A stretch of 64,000 nucleotides of DNA, taken from Octopus bimaculoides (taxonomy: Eukaryota). The stretch covers positions 9,544,166 to 9,608,165 of the forward strand of contig NC_069008.1 in the NCBI RefSeq assembly GCF_001194135.2, written 5' to 3'. Shown here piece by piece: positions 62,600-64,000 of this stretch. The notes below the pieces were generated by a model. The model had not been told where the DNA came from. It saw nothing but the letters and a program-made list of their open reading frames with translations, and did not search any database. Both the position numbers and the translations under genes were made by a program. Numbering within the stretch: the stretch's first letter is position 1; each line of letters opens with the position of its first letter.

Positions 62600-63380
62600 A
62601 TTACAATTAATCCAGTATATGACTAGTATTTCACTTTATTGACTGTAAAGGAATGAAACATAAAGTTGACTAATGCAGAATTTGAACTAAAAATGTAAAA
62701 AACCAGAACAAATACAGCAAGAAAGTTTGTCCAGTGCTTATAACAATTCTGCCAATCTACTGCTTTAACAACAACAACGGTTTCAGATTTTGGCACAAGG
62801 TTAGCAATTTTGGGGGAGGGGTTAAGTTGATTATATCAACTACAGTACTCGACTGGTGCTTATTTTATCAACTTTAAAAGTATGAAAGGCAAAGGTGATT
62901 TTGGAGGCATTTGAACTCAGAACATAAAGAGACACAAAATGCCACAAAGCATTTTTCCTGGTGTGCTAACAATTCTGCCAGCTCACCACCTTAAATATTG
63001 ATTTCAAATTTTGATACAAGGCTTGAAATTTGGGGGAAGGGGTTAAGTCGATTACACCACCTCCAGTGTTTAACTGGTACTAATTTTATTGGCCTGAAAG
63101 GCAAAGTTGACTGTGGTAGAATTTGAACTCAGAATGTAAAGTTGGATGAAATGCTGCTAAGCATTTTGCCCAGAGTACTAACGATTGGCACAAGACCTGA
63201 AATTTGGCAGCAGGGGACTAGTTGATTACACTGACCCCAGTGTTTACTGGTACTTAATTTACTGAGCCCAAAAGGATGAAAGGCAAAATTGACCTTGGCG
63301 GAATTTGAAACTCAGGATGTAAAGACGGATAAAATGCCACTAAGCATTTTGCTCACTGTGGTAACGATTCTGCCAATAAT
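62600..63380 (-). mobile_element. Head-to-tail array of ~4 Deu/Nin SINEs
   Basis: Repeated reverse-complement cores (...GATGAAAGGCAAA...GAATTTGAACTCAG...AACGATTCTGCCA). Confidence 0.8.
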
Positions 63381-64000
63381 TCTAACAAAGGCAACAGCAA
63401 CATATTAGAGGAAGGAATAAGTCAATCACACTGATTGCAGTATTTACTTACAGTCAATTTATCATGCTACTTTGTACATGGAATGATGCAAAGAAATCCA
63501 TCAGAACCATGCCAGTGAAGGAAAATGGATAATGATAATGATGATGATGATGATGATGATAGTAATGGTTCCTAAAATAGGCATAGTCACATATTCTGGG
63601 GAATAAGAGACAGGGAACCAACAGTATCCAACAATTTTGGTTACATAGACCTTTATGTAACCAAATATAAAAGTGAACTATAGTGGGCTATGATAATGTA
63701 ATAAAAGCCATCGGGAAAAAAAAATTAATTCTATATTACCACCTGAGTTAGGTAAGAGGTTCTTGGTGAGAATGAAGAAACATTTGTACATGTTGCTACA
63801 TGTATTCATACAGGATAGTAACATGTTACTACCATGATTATATATGATTAAATGTATTCCATTCATGACCATCCACGCTTTTTCCTATCTGCAAGGAATT
63901 CAGAACTATATTATGCAATGTCTTAGGTGATAGAATTTGAGGGTGATTTGTTTGCTATTTCTAACAACTCTAGGCACCATTTATAGGGCATCTTATTGGC

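Noticed and set aside
63678-63872. 64-aa - strand ORF as the next upstream MAN2A exon
   Set aside because: No GH38 similarity in the frames examined and no fitting splice sites. The preceding exon must lie beyond the window.

Overview
This is AT-rich animal genomic DNA from a gapped draft assembly with many N runs, mostly next to microsatellites. The SINE families (tRNA-headed OR/OK-like, Ceph-domain and Deu/Nin-domain types) point to a coleoid cephalopod, most likely Octopus; this is inferred from recognising repeat sequences, not from a database search. The only host gene I can support is Golgi alpha-mannosidase II (GH38, MAN2A1/MAN2A2-like), and it appears in two opposite orientations. A signal-anchor first exon lies on the + strand (6065-6190), and the last three coding exons lie on the - strand (62155-61108, 59273-58941, 58522-58370 with stop). 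I found no other MAN2A exon in the ~52 kb between them. That interval is dense with decayed transposons: RTE, L1/Tx1, R4/Dong and Hero LINEs, Penelope, two Gypsy lineages, Tc1, mariner, pogo, Helitrons, MITEs and SINEs. It also holds several strong hairpins and a ~1.4 kb fold-back array. There are no rRNA genes, true tRNA genes or CRISPR arrays. Exon boundaries were read base by base; repeat boundaries are approximate (tens of bp).
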